Shown here: one piece after another, positions 20,471 to 33,650 of the stretch
Layout: each line of letters begins with the position of its first letter
How positions within the stretch are numbered: position 1 is the stretch's first letter
Translations under genes and position numbers: made by a program
Notes under the pieces: model-generated
The model's database searches: none
What the model saw: the letters and a program-made list of their open reading frames with translations, nothing else
What the model was told of the DNA's origin: nothing
Source of the DNA: the human T2T-CHM13v2.0 reference genome, Homo sapiens
Strand: one strand, 5' to 3'
Length of the DNA: 64,000 nucleotides
NCBI RefSeq assembly: GCF_009914755.1
Contig: NC_060946.1

Positions 20471-23400
20471 GATTAGGAAACCTGCAGCTCCCAGGGGCCC
20501 CCACTAATGTTCTAACTCGCAGAAGGAAGGAGTGTGTGTGCGTGTGTGCGTGTGCGTGTGTGTGTGTGTGTTTGTGTGTGTGCGGTGTGAGGTATGGGCC
20601 CCTTAAGGAAATGGAAATCAACCAACCAATGGGACAGACAGACAGTCAGACAGACAGACAGACAGAGATTCACTTGCCCAAGTGTTCTGTCCTGTCCTCT
20701 GAATCCGCTTTCAAGTCGCAAGACGCTGTGAGCTCCAAGTCCACGCAGAGTCCGCCAAACGCTCCGGCCGCTGATCCGCTCCGCGAAGATCTGAGTACAG
20801 GCCAGCCAGGGTGGGTTTAAATAGCCTCGGGCGCAGCCTAGCAGCGGAAAGGGCGGAGCTTCACTCCTCCTTTCCATCAGTCACCCCCAACTTTCCCAGG
20901 CTACACCTCGTAGGAAACTGTTCTCCTGCTTTGATTTCATGCGCCACCTTTGGGACAATCTAAGAACTTACAGGTTTTCTTGGCCAGATTTATTAGGAAT
21001 TGTATGCACTGAAACACTGAAAACCAACTAGTGGTTCTGTGCTTCCCACGTTGTGGTTTTGACACCAGCAGCATCCTTGCCACAATCAAACCCCGGAGAT
21101 CCGCAGATCTGTGTTGTAACAAGACCTCCCCCTGACCCTGATGCATGGCAGTTGAAGAAGTCTTTCCGTGTAAGCGAAAAGACTTTGAAGAAAAGGTGGA
21201 GATATGCGTAGTATAAACATTCTTTGGCTCTGGAACCACGTAGAGACTTGGGAGCCAGTTGGGTGGAGCATTCGTTGGATGAGGGTGCTCGGGTTAGGAA
21301 TATCAAGGTGTGGCTCCAGATAATCCAATCATCTAATTAAGATTCCAGTTATGCTCATCTGTTTTAAAATTCCGTTTGGGTAAATTCTTTTAGTCAGACT
21401 GAGAATGGCAAAGCCTCAACCCCAATTTCCAGGGAGGGTGGAGAGCCTCAGGTGGAGTTGATCACCAATAGCCTATGGTTTAACCCATCATGCCTATAGA
21501 ATGAGGTCTCCATCAAAACCCAAAAGGACTGGGTTCAGAGAGCTTCTGGATAACACTTCCTGGAAGGTAGTGCACCCCTCCCCGCATGCCGGGCCCCACA
21601 TTTATTTCTGAACTTTGTGCAATGTCCGCTAAAATACAACGGCAAATGTAAGTGTTTCCCTGCGTGCTGTGAGCTCTTCCAGCAAATGAATGCAACTAAA
21701 TCTGGGAGTGGTGGCAACCTGATTTATAGCCAGTTGCTGAGAAGCACAGGTAAAACAACGTAGGGCTTCCCATTGTTATTGGTGTGGGAGGCCTGTCTGG
21801 CGGGACTCGGCCCTTTGGAATCTAATGCTATGTCCCGGTAGGTAGCGTCACCATTGAATTAGAAGACACACATATGTGGAGAATAATCTTTCTGGTCATT
21901 TACTGCATGTCATATTTACAATATGTAATCAAATTCTTTATCCTGACCTTATGGCACCTGGGTTTAGGACCATGATTTGAACCAAACGTTGGTCTGTCAC
22001 TTTCTGAGTTTGAAACTTTATTTTGCCTTTAGCGTTTTGCTATTGCTTTTTCGTTTTCTTTTGTTTCGTTTCGTTTCTAAGTTCTGGGGTATATGTGCAG
22101 GATGTGCAGATTTGTTACTAAGGTAAACGTGTGCCATGGTGGTTTGCTGCACCTGTCAACCCGTCACCTAGGTATTAAGCCCAGCATGCAGTAGCTGTTT
22201 TTCTTAACGCTCTGCCTCCCGAAAGGCCCCAGTGTGTGTTGTTCCCCTTCCTGTGTCCATGGGATCTCACTTTTCAGCTCCCATTATAAGTGAGAAGGTG
22301 GCGTTTGGTTTTCTTTCCCTGGATTAGTTTGCTGACGATAATGACCACACATCACCACTGTTTTTGTTTTTTAGTATAAAGAGTAGTATTTTATTGAATA
22401 AGATTTGCTCACAGAAAAATAAGCTTAAATCTACAATGAATGCCAGACCCTACAGCAGAAAGCAGTTTTCTCACTTTTCCACACACAATGGTTCCTACTA
22501 AGTGAAAAAAAAAGCCATAAAATTTCATTCACAAATGTACTACTCTGTCTCAAAACATCTCACGAAATCATGCACTGTACTAAAGCCATCAGATCAGTTC
22601 TTCAGTCAGGTTAAAGAAGTATCCCTCTAATAACTGACTTTTATAATGCTATCAATATCCACTCCCAATCAGTCTGCCATTGTTAATGGTGTACAGCATT
22701 ACTGAATACAACGGAATTGATGACGCCCATATCCACAGACAAACCGTGACTTATGATGGTTTGACTTATGATTTTTCAACGTTATGATGGGTTTATTGGA
22801 ATATTAGATTCGTTTCTGAGTTACACTGGGTTTATGAGTATGCGACCCTACACTCCAGAAACAGCTGTATAAGGAAAAACAGGAGTACCTAATAAAAATA
22901 TGCTTAGTGACTTGGGATAAACCAATAGATGTTCACAAGTGATGGAGAGCCGTGAAAGAGAGATAGCGGTAAATAGTTACAATAACACAATTTTCCTGCA
23001 CCTGTCGAGGATTTCCCCCAAAAAACGCAGAATGTGGGATGCACCTAAGGCATATGAAAGAGAGAGGGCAGAAGGAGTAAGAGAGAAATAGGAGGAAGGA
23101 AGGAAGGAAGGAAGCAATAAGAAAGGAAGGAAAGAAGGAAGGAAGGACGGAAGGAAGGAAGGAAGGAAGGAAGGAAGGAAGGAAGGAAGGAAGGAAGGAA
23201 GGAAAGAAGGATGAAAGGAAGGAGAAAACACCGGTGTTACTAAAACCCCCCAAAAAATGGTTTCCCCCTGTGGGTAAGCCTACAATGTGGATGAATCTTG
23301 AAAATATTGTGCTACGTGTTATGTCAGTCATAGCAGCTCACCTATTGTGCAATTCCGTTTATAGGAAATGTCCACAATATGGAAATCTATGCATATGGGA

Positions 23401-23820
23401 TTGATCGCACTAGGTAGTTGCTACCTAGGGCTGAGGGTCAGGGAGAGGGTTTGAGACAGAATGAGGAGTGACTAATGTCTACAGGGTCTTTCTCTGGTCG
23501 GGGGTGATAAGACGTTTTACAATGGATTGCGAATTAAAATTGAATGTGCACAACCACAGGTATACTAAAAGCCACTCAATTCATGACCTTTAATGGGGGA
23601 ATCTTACGTGGCGTAGTCTCATGGAGACCACGGCAGACATAGTGAGAGAGAAAAAGGTGAGTAAATATCTGAAACGGAGGCAGAAACAGAGAGAATGAAA
23701 AGCCCTGTGAATGGAAGGGAGAGCGAAAAGGGAAAATGGTCCTATTTACAAATGACAGATGTGAAACTGGGGTTCACATCAACAGTGTCACTGCCAGGAA
23801 GGAGGGTCATGCTAGCCATG

Positions 23821-26800
23821 TCACCGGTAGTGTGGCCCGCAGGGACGCCGACCTGCTGGAGCGTCGTGCCAGCATGGGCTGTGGCAACCACGTGGGCCAG
23901 CAGGAGGTTCCCGCTGCACAGCTGTGGGGTGAGGATAGACTGGGTGGTGATATCGGCCATTACAGGGGCCTCTTCTGCTGGCAAGAGTGTGACAGTAGCA
24001 AGTAGATGGACAGGCCTGCGTGTGAGGATGGAATGCAGGAGGGGTTCTTGTGCGGCTGGGTGTGGGGCCCTCACGGGAACCGTGGAGAAATGGCCAGGTA
24101 ACTGCGTCATGTGGGCTAGTAGATTGGCCAGGGCTTCGAACTGAAGGACGATAACGGGGAGTAGCTGTCAGGCCCTGGGGGTGCCTGAGTGTAAGTGGAG
24201 ATGGGTTTGGGGTCACTGAGGGATGCGTGGGAGCCATCCCTGTATAGGTACAGGTCATAGGGAGATAGTCTCGTGAGGCCTGTGAGTGTCTAGGGTTGTC
24301 CTGGGTGCCTGGGGCTGACTGTGGCAGAAATCTGGGGAAGGCTGGAGAGAAGCTGGGAGACCCAGGAGAGTCCCTGAAGGCAGGGGGTGAAGAGGTGAAA
24401 GAAATGGGGGAGGGTTGCAGTAAGGTCCGTGAGTTTGTAGGTGATTCCTGGGTGCGGGAAGCTGACTCCAGGTGAAATCTGGAGATGGTTGGAGAGTAGC
24501 TGAGAGAGACAGAAGAGTCCCTGAGGGCTGGGGGTGAGAACATGAGGGAGACGGGGGAGTAAGTCAGTGAAATTCGTGAGTTCGGTGGTGTATCGTGGGT
24601 GCCTGGAACTGACTCCAGCTGGAATCTAGAGAAGTTTTGAGAGTAGCTGAAGGAGACACAAGAGTCCCTGTGGGCTGAGGGCAAAGACCTGAGACAGACC
24701 AGGGAGGACCTCAGTGAAGTCTGTGAGTCTGTAGGTGATTCCGGAGTGTGGGAGGCTGACTCCCGCTGAAATCTGGGCGTGGTGGGAGAGTAGCTGGGAC
24801 AGACAGGAGAGTCCCAGGGGGCTGGGGGTGAAGACGTGAGAGAGACTGGGGAGTAACTCAGTGAAATTGCTGAGTTGGTTGGTGATACCTGGGTGCCTGG
24901 AACTGACCCCCGCTGAAATCTGGGCATGGTTGGAGAGTAGCTGGGACACACAGGAGAGTCCCTGAGGGCTGGGGGTGAAGACATGAGCGAGACCGGGGAG
25001 TAACTGAGTGAAACTGGTGAGTTTGGTGGTGACTCCGGGGTGCCTGGAACTGACTCCAGCTGAAATGTGGGCGTGGTTGGAGAGTAGCTGGGACAGACAG
25101 GAGAGTCCCTGAGGACTGGTGAAGACATGAGAGAGACTGGAGAGTAATTGAGTGAAATTGGTGAGTTTGGTGGTGATTCCTGGGTGCCTGGAACTGACTC
25201 CCGCTGAAGTGTGGGCATGGTTGGAGAGTAGCTGGGACAGACGGGAGAGTCCCTGAGGGATGGTGAAGACATGAGAGAGACTGGAGAGTAATTGAGTGAA
25301 ATTGGTGAGTTTGGTGGTGATTTCTCGGTGCCTGCAACGGACTCCCGCTGAAGTGTGGGCGTGCTTGGAGAGTAGCTGGGACAGACAGGCGAGTCCCTGA
25401 GGGTTGGAGATAAAGACGTGCTAGAGACTGAGGAGTAACTGAGTGAAATTGGTGAGTTTGGTGGTGATTCCGGGGTGCCTGGAACGGACTCCAGCTGAAA
25501 TGTGGGCGTGGTTGGAGAGTAGCTGGGACAGACGGGAGAGTCCCTGAGGGATGGTGAAGACATGAGAGAGACTGGGGAGTAACGCAGTGAAATTGGTGAG
25601 TTTGGTGGTGATTTCTGGGTGCCTGCAACGGACTCCCGCTGAAGTGTGGGCGTGCTTGGAGAGTAGCTGGGACAGACCGGCGAGTCCCTGAGGGTTGGAG
25701 ATAAAGACGTGCTGGAGACTGGGGAGTAACTCAGTGAAAGTGGTGGGCTTGGTGGTGATCCCAGGGTTCCTGGAACTGACCCGCGCTGAAATGTGGGCGT
25801 GGTTGGAGAGTAGCTGGGACAGACTGGAGGGTCCGTAAGGGCTGGGGGTGAAGACGTGAGAGAGACTGGCGAGGATCTCACTGAGGTCTGTGAGTTTGTA
25901 GGTGTTTCTGGGGTGTGGGGTACAGACTCCCGCTGAAATCTGGGCGTAGTTGGAGAGTAGCTGGGACAGACAGGAGAGTCATGGGTGGCTGGGGGTGAGC
26001 TGCTGGATGATGGCAGTAAGAACATATGGTACATTATTGATGAATGAGGTGACTGTGAAGAATCTCCAGAGGAGGACACGGGAGAACACAATGACATGAG
26101 TGACTGTCCTGCTTGGTTAGGAAAGGGAAACGTAAAGTTGTGGAATTCTGTTGATGATGGATGTGAGAGTGGTGAAGCCCTGCGGGATGATGTAGAGGAC
26201 TTCCACATCCCTGGTGAGGAGCTGCCCCTTGGGTCTGAGTTTCTGGGAGGGGAGAGGGAGAAGCTGGGTGAGGCAGGCATGAATCTTGAGGAGTCAGGGC
26301 TGGGGGACCGCTCATATTCTCCCGAGACCTGTGAGTCTCTGGGGGACTCCTGGGTGCATGGGGCTGACTCCCGCAGGAACCTGGGGATGGCTGGAGAGTA
26401 ACTGGGAGCCACAGGAGGGTCCCTGAGGCCTGGGGGTGAAGAGATGCAAGACACAGGGGTGGAGCAGCGTGAGGCTCGTGAGTTTGTAGGTGATTCCTGG
26501 GTGTGGGGGGCTGACTCCAGCTGAAATCTGGGGTTGTTTGGAGAGTAGCTGGGAGACACAGGAGAACCCCCGAGAGCTGGGGGTGAGCTGCTGGGTGATG
26601 GCAGTAAGAACATGTGGTATATTATTGATGAACGTGGGGACTCTGAGGAGTCCTCAGAGGAGGACACAGCAGAGCCCAATGGCTTCATTGATTGCCCATC
26701 ACGGTGAGGACAGGGAAATGGGAGCTTGTGGGATTCTGGTGATGACAGAGGTGAGTGTGGTGAAGCCCTAGGGGATGGTGAATGGTAGTTCCGGATCCCT

Positions 26801-26946
26801 GGTGAGGAGCTTCCCCTTAAGCCGGAGTTTCTGAGAGGGGAGAGGGAGAAGCTGGGTGAGGCTCGCATGGACCTTGGGGTGTCCGTGCTGGGGGACCGTT
26901 CATAAGAAGAGCCAGACAAGACCCTACTGTTCTTAGGTGCAGACAT
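23821..26946 (-). CDS. Ser/Pro-rich repeat protein, 1041 aa variant
   Basis: Intact ORF, nearly identical to 4445-7570. Confidence 0.65.
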   Translation of the reverse strand: MSAPKNSRVLSGSSYERSPSTDTPRSMRASPSFSLSPLRNSGLRGSSSPGIRNYHSPSPRASPHSPLSSPESHKLPFPCPHRDGQSMKPLGSAVSSSEDSSESPRSSIIYHMFLLPSPSSSPPALGGSPVSPSYSPNNPRFQLESAPHTQESPTNSRASRCSTPVSCISSPPGLRDPPVAPSYSPAIPRFLRESAPCTQESPRDSQVSGEYERSPSPDSSRFMPASPSFSLSPPRNSDPRGSSSPGMWKSSTSSRRASPLSHPSSTEFHNFTFPFPNQAGQSLMSLCSPVSSSGDSSQSPHSSIMYHMFLLPSSSSSPPATHDSPVCPSYSPTTPRFQRESVPHTPETPTNSQTSVRSSPVSLTSSPPALTDPPVCPSYSPTTPTFQRGSVPGTLGSPPSPPLSLSYSPVSSTSLSPTLRDSPVCPSYSPSTPTLQRESVAGTQKSPPNSPISLRYSPVSLMSSPSLRDSPVCPSYSPTTPTFQLESVPGTPESPPNSPISLSYSSVSSTSLSPTLRDSPVCPSYSPSTPTLQRESVAGTEKSPPNSPISLNYSPVSLMSSPSLRDSPVCPSYSPTMPTLQRESVPGTQESPPNSPISLNYSPVSLMSSPVLRDSPVCPSYSPTTPTFQLESVPGTPESPPNSPVSLSYSPVSLMSSPPALRDSPVCPSYSPTMPRFQRGSVPGTQVSPTNSAISLSYSPVSLTSSPPAPWDSPVCPSYSPTTPRFQRESASHTPESPTDSQTSLRSSLVCLRSLPSAHRDSCVSFSYSQNFSRFQLESVPGTHDTPPNSRISLTYSPVSLMFSPPALRDSSVSLSYSPTISRFHLESASRTQESPTNSRTLLQPSPISFTSSPPAFRDSPGSPSFSPAFPRFLPQSAPGTQDNPRHSQASRDYLPMTCTYTGMAPTHPSVTPNPSPLTLRHPQGLTATPRYRPSVRSPGQSTSPHDAVTWPFLHGSREGPTPSRTRTPPAFHPHTQACPSTCYCHTLASRRGPCNGRYHHPVYPHPTAVQREPPAGPRGCHSPCWHDAPAGRRPCGPHYR

Positions 26947-27021
26947 GATTAGGAAACCTGCAGCTCCCAGGGGCCCCCACTAATGTTCTAACTCGCAGAA
27001 GGAAGGAGTGTGTGTGCGTGT

Positions 27022-27053
<32 letters not shown>

Positions 27054-30000
27054 TTGTGTGTGTGCGGTGTGAGGTATGGGCCCCTTAAGGAAATGGAAAT
27101 CAACCAACCAATGGGACAGACAGACAGACAGACAGACAGAGATTCACTTGCCCAAGTGTTCTGTCCTGTCCTCTGAATCCGCTTTCAAGTCGCAAGACGC
27201 TGTGAGCTCCAAGTCCACGCAGAGTCCGCCAAACGCTCCGGCCGCTGATCCGCTCCGCGAAGATCTGAGTACAGGCCAGCCAGGGTGGGTTTAAATAGCC
27301 TCGGGCGCAGCCTAGCAGCGGAAAGGGCGGAGCTTCACTCCTCCTTTCCATCAGTCACCCCCAACTTTCCCAGGCTACACCTCGTAGGAAACTGTTCTCC
27401 TGCTTTGATTTCATGCGCCACCTTTGGGACAATCTAAGAACTTACAGGTTTTCTTGGCCAGATTTATTAGGAATTGTATGCACTGAAACACTGAAAACCA
27501 ACTAGTGGTTCTGTGCTTCCCACGTTGTGGTTTTGACACCAGCAGCATCCTTGCCACAATCAAACCCCGGAGATCCGCAGATCTGTGTTGTAACAAGACC
27601 TCCCCCTGACCCTGAAGCATGGCAGTTGAAGAAGTCTTTCCGTGTAAGCGAAAAGACTTTGAAGAAAAGGTGGAGATATGCGTTGTATAAACATTCTTTG
27701 GCTCTGGAACCACGTAGAGACTTGGGAGCCAGTTGGGTGGAGCATTCGTTGGATGAGGGTGCTCGGGTTAGGAATATCAAGGTGTTTCTCCAGATAATCC
27801 AATCATCTAATTAAGATTCCAGTTATGCTCATCTGTTTTAAAATTCCGTTTGGGTAAATTCTTTTAGTCAGACTGAGAATGGCAAAGCCTCAACCCCAAT
27901 TTCCAGGGAGGGTGGAGAGCCTCAGGTGGAGTTGATCACCAATAGCCTATGGTTTAACCCATCATGCCTATAGAATGAGGTCTCCATCAAAACCCAAAAG
28001 GACTGGGTTCAGAGAGCTTCTGGATAACACTTCCTGGAAGGTAGTGCACCCCTCCCCGCATGCCGGGCCCCACATTTATTTCTGAACCTTGTGCAATGTC
28101 CGCTAAAATACAACGGCAAATGTAAGTGTTTCCCTGCGTGCTGTGAGCTCTTCCAGCAAATGAATGCAACTAAATCTGGGAGTGGTGGCAACCTGATTTA
28201 TAGCCAGTTGCTGAGAAGCACAGGTAAAACAACGTAGGGCTTCCCATTGTTATTGGTGTGGGAGGCCTGTCTGGCGGGACTCGGCCCTTTGGAATCTAAT
28301 GCTATGTCCCGGTAGATAGCGTCACCATTGAATTAGAAGACACACATATGTGGAGAATAATCTTTCTGGTCATTTACTGCATGTCATATTTACAATATGT
28401 AATCAAATTCTTTATCCTGACCTTATGGCACCTGGGTTTAGGACCATGATTTGAACCAAACGTTGGTCTGTCACTTTCTGAGTTTGAAACTTTATTTTGC
28501 CTTTAGCGTTTTGCTATTGCTTTTTCGTTTTCTTTTGTTTCGTTTCGTTTCTAAGTTCTGGGGTATATGTGCAGGATGTGCAGATTTGTTACTAAGGTAA
28601 ACGTGTGCCATGGTGGTTTGCTGCACCTGTCAACCCGTCACCTAGGTATTAAGCCCAGCATGCAGTAGCTGTTTTTCTTAACGCTCTGCCTCCCGAAAGG
28701 CCCCAGTGTGTGTTGTTCCCCTTCCTGTGTCCATGGGATCTCACTTTTCAGCTCCCATTATAAGTGAGAAGGTGGCGTTTGGTTTTCTTTCCCTGGATTA
28801 GTTTGCTGACGATAATGACCACACATCACCACTGTTTTTGTTTTTTAGTATAAAGAGTAGTATTTTATTGAATAAGATTTGCTCACAGAAAAATAAGCTT
28901 AAATCTACAATGAATGCCAGACCCTACAGCAGAAAGCAATTTTCTCACTTTTCCACACACAATGGTTCCTACTAAGTGAAAAAAAAGCCATAAAATTTCA
29001 TTCACAAATGTACTACTCTGTCTCAAAACATCTCACGTAATCATGCACTGTACTAAAGCCATCAGATCAGTTCTTCAGTCAGGTTAAAGAAGTATCCCTC
29101 TAATAACTGACTTTTATAATGCTATCAATATCCACTCCCAATCAGTCTGCCATTGTTAATGGTGTACAGCATTACTGAATACAACGGAATTGATGACGCC
29201 CATATCCACAGACAAACCGTGACTTATGATGGTTTGATTTATGATTTTTCAACGTTATGATGGGTTTATTGGAATATTAGATTCGTTTCTGAGTTACACT
29301 GGGTTTATGAGTATGCGACCCTACACTCCAGAAACAGCTGTATAAGGAAAAACAGGTGTACCTAATAAAAATATGCTTAGTGACTTGGGATAAACCAATA
29401 GATGTTCACAAGTGATGGAGAGCCGTGAAAGAGAGATAGCGGTAAATAGTTACAATAACACAATTTTCCTGCACCTGTCGAGGATTTCCCCCAAAAAACG
29501 CAGAATGTGGGATGCACCTAAGGCATATGAAAGAGAGAGGGCAGAAGGAGTAAGAGAGAAATAGGAGGAAGGAAGGAAGGAAGCAAGGAAGAAAGGAAGG
29601 AAGGAAAGAAGGAAGGAAGGACGGAAGGAAGGAAGGAAGGAAGGAAGGAAGGAAAGAAGGATGAAAGGAAGGAGAAAACACCGGTGTTACTAAAACCCCC
29701 CAAAAAATGGTTTCCCCCTGTGGGTAAGCCTACAATGTGGATGAATCTTGAAAATATTGTGCTACGTGTTATGTCAGTCATAGCAGCTCACCTATTGTGC
29801 AATTCCGTTTATAGGAAATGTCCACAATATGGAAATCTATGCATATGGGATTGATCGCACTAGGTAGTTGCTACCTAGGGCTGAGGGTCAGGGAGAGGGT
29901 TTGAGACAGAATGAGGAGTGACTAATGTCTACAGGGTCTTTCTCTGGTCGGGGGTGATAAGACGTTTTACAATGGATTGCGAATTAAAATTGAATGTGCA

Positions 30001-30270
30001 CAACCACAGGTATACTAAAAGCCACTCAATTCATGACCTTTAATGGGGGAATCTTACGTGGCGTAGTCTCATGGAGACCACGGCAGACATAGTGAGAGAG
30101 AAAAAGGTGAGTAAATATCTGAAACGGAGGCAGAAACAGAGAGAATGAAAAGCCCTGTGAATGGAAGGGAGAGCGAAAAGGGAAAATGGTCCTATTTACA
30201 AATGACAGATGTGAAACTGGGGTTCACATCAACAGTGTCACTGCCAGGAAGGAGGGTCATGCTAGCCATG

Positions 30271-33200
30271 TCACCGGTAGTGTGGCCCGCAGGGACGCCG
30301 ACCTGCTGGAGCGTCGTGCCAGCATGGGCTGTGGCAACCACGTGGGCCAGCAGGAGGTTCCCGCTGCACAGCTGTGGGGTGAGGATAGACTGGGTGGTGA
30401 TATCGGCCATTACAGGGGCCTCTTCTGCTGGCAAGAGTGTGACAGTAGCAAGTAGATGGACAGGCCTGCGTGTGAGGACGGAATGCAGGAGGGGTTCTTG
30501 TGCGCCTGGGTGTGGGGCCCTCACGGGAACCGTGGAGAAATGGCCAGGTAACTGCGTCATGTGGGCTAGTAGATTGGCCAGGGCTTCGAACTGAAGGACG
30601 ATAATGGGGAGTAGCTGTCAGGCCCTGGGAGTGCCTGAGTGTAAGTGGAGATGGGTTTGGGGTCACTGAGGGATGCGTGGGAGCCATCCCTGTATAGGTA
30701 CAGGTCATAGGTAGATAGTCTCGTGAGGCCTGTGAGTGTCTAGGGTTGTCCTGGGTGCCTGGGGCTGACTGTGGCAGAAATCTGGGGAAGGCTGGAGAGA
30801 AGCTGGGAGACCCAGGAGAGTCCCTGAAGGCAGGGGGTGAAGAGGTGAAAGAAATGGGGGAGGGTTGCAGTAAGGTCCGTGAGTTTGTAGGTGATTCCTG
30901 GGTGCGGGAAGCTGACTCCAGGTGAAATCTGGAGATGGTTGGAGAGTAGCTGAGAGAGACAGAAGAGTCCCTGAGGGCTGGGGGTGAGAACATGAGGGAG
31001 ACGGGGGAGTAAGTCAGTGAAATTCGTGAGTTCGGTGGTGTATCGTGGGTGCCTGGAACTGACTCCAGCTGGAATCTAGAGAAGTTTTGAGAGTAGCTGA
31101 AGGAGACACAAGAGTCCCTGTGGGCTGAGGGCAAAGACCTGAGACAGACCAGGGAGGACCTCAGTGAAGTCTGTGAGTCTGTAGGTGATTCCGGAGTGTG
31201 GGAGGCTGACTCCCGCTGAAATCTGGGCGTGGTGGGAGAGTAGCTGGGACAGACAGGAGAGTCCCAGGGGGCTGGGGGTGACGACGTGAGAGAGACTGGG
31301 GAGTAACTCAGTGAAATTGCTGAGTTGGTTGGTGATACCTGGGTGCCTGGAACTGACCCCCGCTGAAATCTGGGCATGGTTGGAGAGTAGCTGGGACACA
31401 CAGGAGAGTCCCTGAGGGCTGGGGGTGAAGACATGAGCGAGACCGGGGAGTAACTGAGTGAAACTGGTGAGTTTGGTGGTGACTCCGGGGTGCCTGGAAC
31501 TGACTCCAGCTGAAATGTGGGCGTGGTTGGAGAGTAGCTGGGACAGACAGGAGAGTCCCTGAGGACTGGTGAAGACATGAGAGAGACTGGAGAGTAATTG
31601 AGTGAAATTGGTGAGTTTGGTGGTGATTCCTGGGTGCCTGGAACTGACTCCCGCTGAAGTGTGGGCGTGGTTGGAGAGTAGCTGGGACACACAGGAGAGT
31701 CCCTGAGGGTTGGAGATAAAGACGTGCTAGAGACTGAGGAGTAACTGAGTGAAATTGGTGAGTTTGGTGGTGATTCCGGGGTGCCTGGAACGGACTCCAG
31801 CTGAAATGTGGGCGTGGTTGGAGAGTAGCTGGGACAGACGGGAGAGTCCCTGAGGAATGGTGAAGACATGAGAGAGACTGGGGAGTAACGCAGTGAAATT
31901 GGTGAGTTTGGTGGTGATTTCTGGGTGCCTGCAACGGACTCCCGCTGAAGTGTGGGCGTGCTTGGAGAGTAGCTGGGACAGACAGGCGAGTCCCTGAGGG
32001 TTGGAGATAAAGACGTGCTAGAGACTGAGGAGTAACTGAGTGAAATTGGTGAGTTTGGTGGTGATTCCGGGGTGCCTGGAACGGACTCCAGCTGAAATGT
32101 GGGCGTGGTTGGAGAGTAGCTGGGACAGACGGGAGAGTCCCTGAGGGATGGTGAAGACATGAGAGAGACTGGGGAGTAACGCAGTGAAATTGGTGAGTTT
32201 GGTGGTGATTTCTGGGTGCCTGCAACAGACTCCCGCTGAAGTGTGGGCGTGCTTGGAGAGTAGCTGGGACAGACAGGCGAGTCCCTGAGGGTTGGAGATA
32301 AAGACGTGCTGGAGACTGGGGAGTAACTCAGTGAAAGTGGTGGGCTTGGTGGTGATCCCAGGGTTCCTGGAACTGACCCGCGCTGAAATGTGGGCGTGGT
32401 TGGAGAGTAGCTGGGACAGACTGGAGGGTCCGTAAGGGCTGGGGGTGAAGACGTGAGAGAGACTGGCGAGGATCTCACTGAGGTCTGTGAGTTTGTAGGT
32501 GTTTCTGGGGTGTGGGGTACAGACTCCCGCTGAAATCTGGGCGTAGTTGGAGAGTAGCTGGGACAGACAGGAGAGTCATGGGTGGCTGGGGGTGAGCTGC
32601 TGGATGATGGCAGTAAGAACATATGGTACATTATTGATGAATGAGGTGACTGTGAAGAATCTCCAGAGGAGGACACGGGAGAACACAATGACATGAGTGA
32701 CTGTCCTGCTTGGTTAGGAAAGGGAAACGTAAAGTTGTGGAATTCTGTTGATGATGGATGTGAGAGTGGTGAAGCCCTGCGGGATGATGTAGAGGACTTC
32801 CACATCCCTGGTGAGGAGCTGCCCCTTGGGTCTGAGTTTCTGGGAGGGGAGAGGGAGAAGCTGGGTGAGGCAGGCATGAATCTTGAGGAGTCAGGGCTGG
32901 GGGACCGCTCATATTCTCCCGAGACCTGTGAGTCTCTGGGGGACTCCTGGGTGCATGGGGCTGACTCCCGCAGGAACCTGGGGTTGGCTGGAGAGTAACT
33001 GGGAGCCACAGGAGGGTCCCTGAGGCCTGGGGGTGAAGAGATGCAAGACACAGGGGTGGAGCAGCGTGAGGCTCGTGAGTTTGTAGGTGATTCCTGGGTG
33101 TGGGGGGCTGACTCCAGCTGAAATCTGGGGTTGTTTGGAGAGTAGCTGGGAGACACAGGAGAACCCCCGAGAGCTGGGGGTGAGCTGCTGGGTGATGGCA

Positions 33201-33543
33201 GTAAGAACATGTGGTATATTATTGATGAACGTGGGGACTCTGAGGAGTCCTCAGAGGAGGACACAGCAGAGCCCAATGGCTTCATTGATTGCCCATCACG
33301 GTGAGGACAGGGAAATGGGAGCTTGTGGGATTCTGGTGATGACAGAGGTGAGTGTGGTGAAGCCCTAGGGGATGGTGAATGGTAGTTCCGGATCCCTGGT
33401 GAGGAGCTTCCCCTTAAGCCGGAGTTTCTGAGAGGGGAGAGGGAGAAGCTGGGTGAGGCTCGCATGGACCTTGGGGTGTCCGTGCTGGGGGACCGTTCAT
33501 AAGAAGAGCCAGACAAGACCCTACTGTTCTTAGGTGCAGACAT
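30271..33543 (-). CDS. Ser/Pro-rich repeat protein, 1090 aa variant
   Basis: Intact ORF; the translation appears identical to 10895-14167. Confidence 0.65.
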   Translation of the reverse strand: MSAPKNSRVLSGSSYERSPSTDTPRSMRASPSFSLSPLRNSGLRGSSSPGIRNYHSPSPRASPHSPLSSPESHKLPFPCPHRDGQSMKPLGSAVSSSEDSSESPRSSIIYHMFLLPSPSSSPPALGGSPVSPSYSPNNPRFQLESAPHTQESPTNSRASRCSTPVSCISSPPGLRDPPVAPSYSPANPRFLRESAPCTQESPRDSQVSGEYERSPSPDSSRFMPASPSFSLSPPRNSDPRGSSSPGMWKSSTSSRRASPLSHPSSTEFHNFTFPFPNQAGQSLMSLCSPVSSSGDSSQSPHSSIMYHMFLLPSSSSSPPATHDSPVCPSYSPTTPRFQRESVPHTPETPTNSQTSVRSSPVSLTSSPPALTDPPVCPSYSPTTPTFQRGSVPGTLGSPPSPPLSLSYSPVSSTSLSPTLRDSPVCPSYSPSTPTLQRESVAGTQKSPPNSPISLRYSPVSLMSSPSLRDSPVCPSYSPTTPTFQLESVPGTPESPPNSPISLSYSSVSSTSLSPTLRDSPVCPSYSPSTPTLQRESVAGTQKSPPNSPISLRYSPVSLMSSPFLRDSPVCPSYSPTTPTFQLESVPGTPESPPNSPISLSYSSVSSTSLSPTLRDSPVCPSYSPTTPTLQRESVPGTQESPPNSPISLNYSPVSLMSSPVLRDSPVCPSYSPTTPTFQLESVPGTPESPPNSPVSLSYSPVSLMSSPPALRDSPVCPSYSPTMPRFQRGSVPGTQVSPTNSAISLSYSPVSLTSSPPAPWDSPVCPSYSPTTPRFQRESASHTPESPTDSQTSLRSSLVCLRSLPSAHRDSCVSFSYSQNFSRFQLESVPGTHDTPPNSRISLTYSPVSLMFSPPALRDSSVSLSYSPTISRFHLESASRTQESPTNSRTLLQPSPISFTSSPPAFRDSPGSPSFSPAFPRFLPQSAPGTQDNPRHSQASRDYLPMTCTYTGMAPTHPSVTPNPSPLTLRHSQGLTATPHYRPSVRSPGQSTSPHDAVTWPFLHGSREGPTPRRTRTPPAFRPHTQACPSTCYCHTLASRRGPCNGRYHHPVYPHPTAVQREPPAGPRGCHSPCWHDAPAGRRPCGPHYR

Positions 33544-33618
33544 GATTAGGAAACCTGCAGCTCCCAGGGGCCCCCACTAATGTTCTAACTCGCAGAAGGA
33601 AGGAGTGTGTGTGCGTGT

Positions 33619-33650
<32 letters not shown>
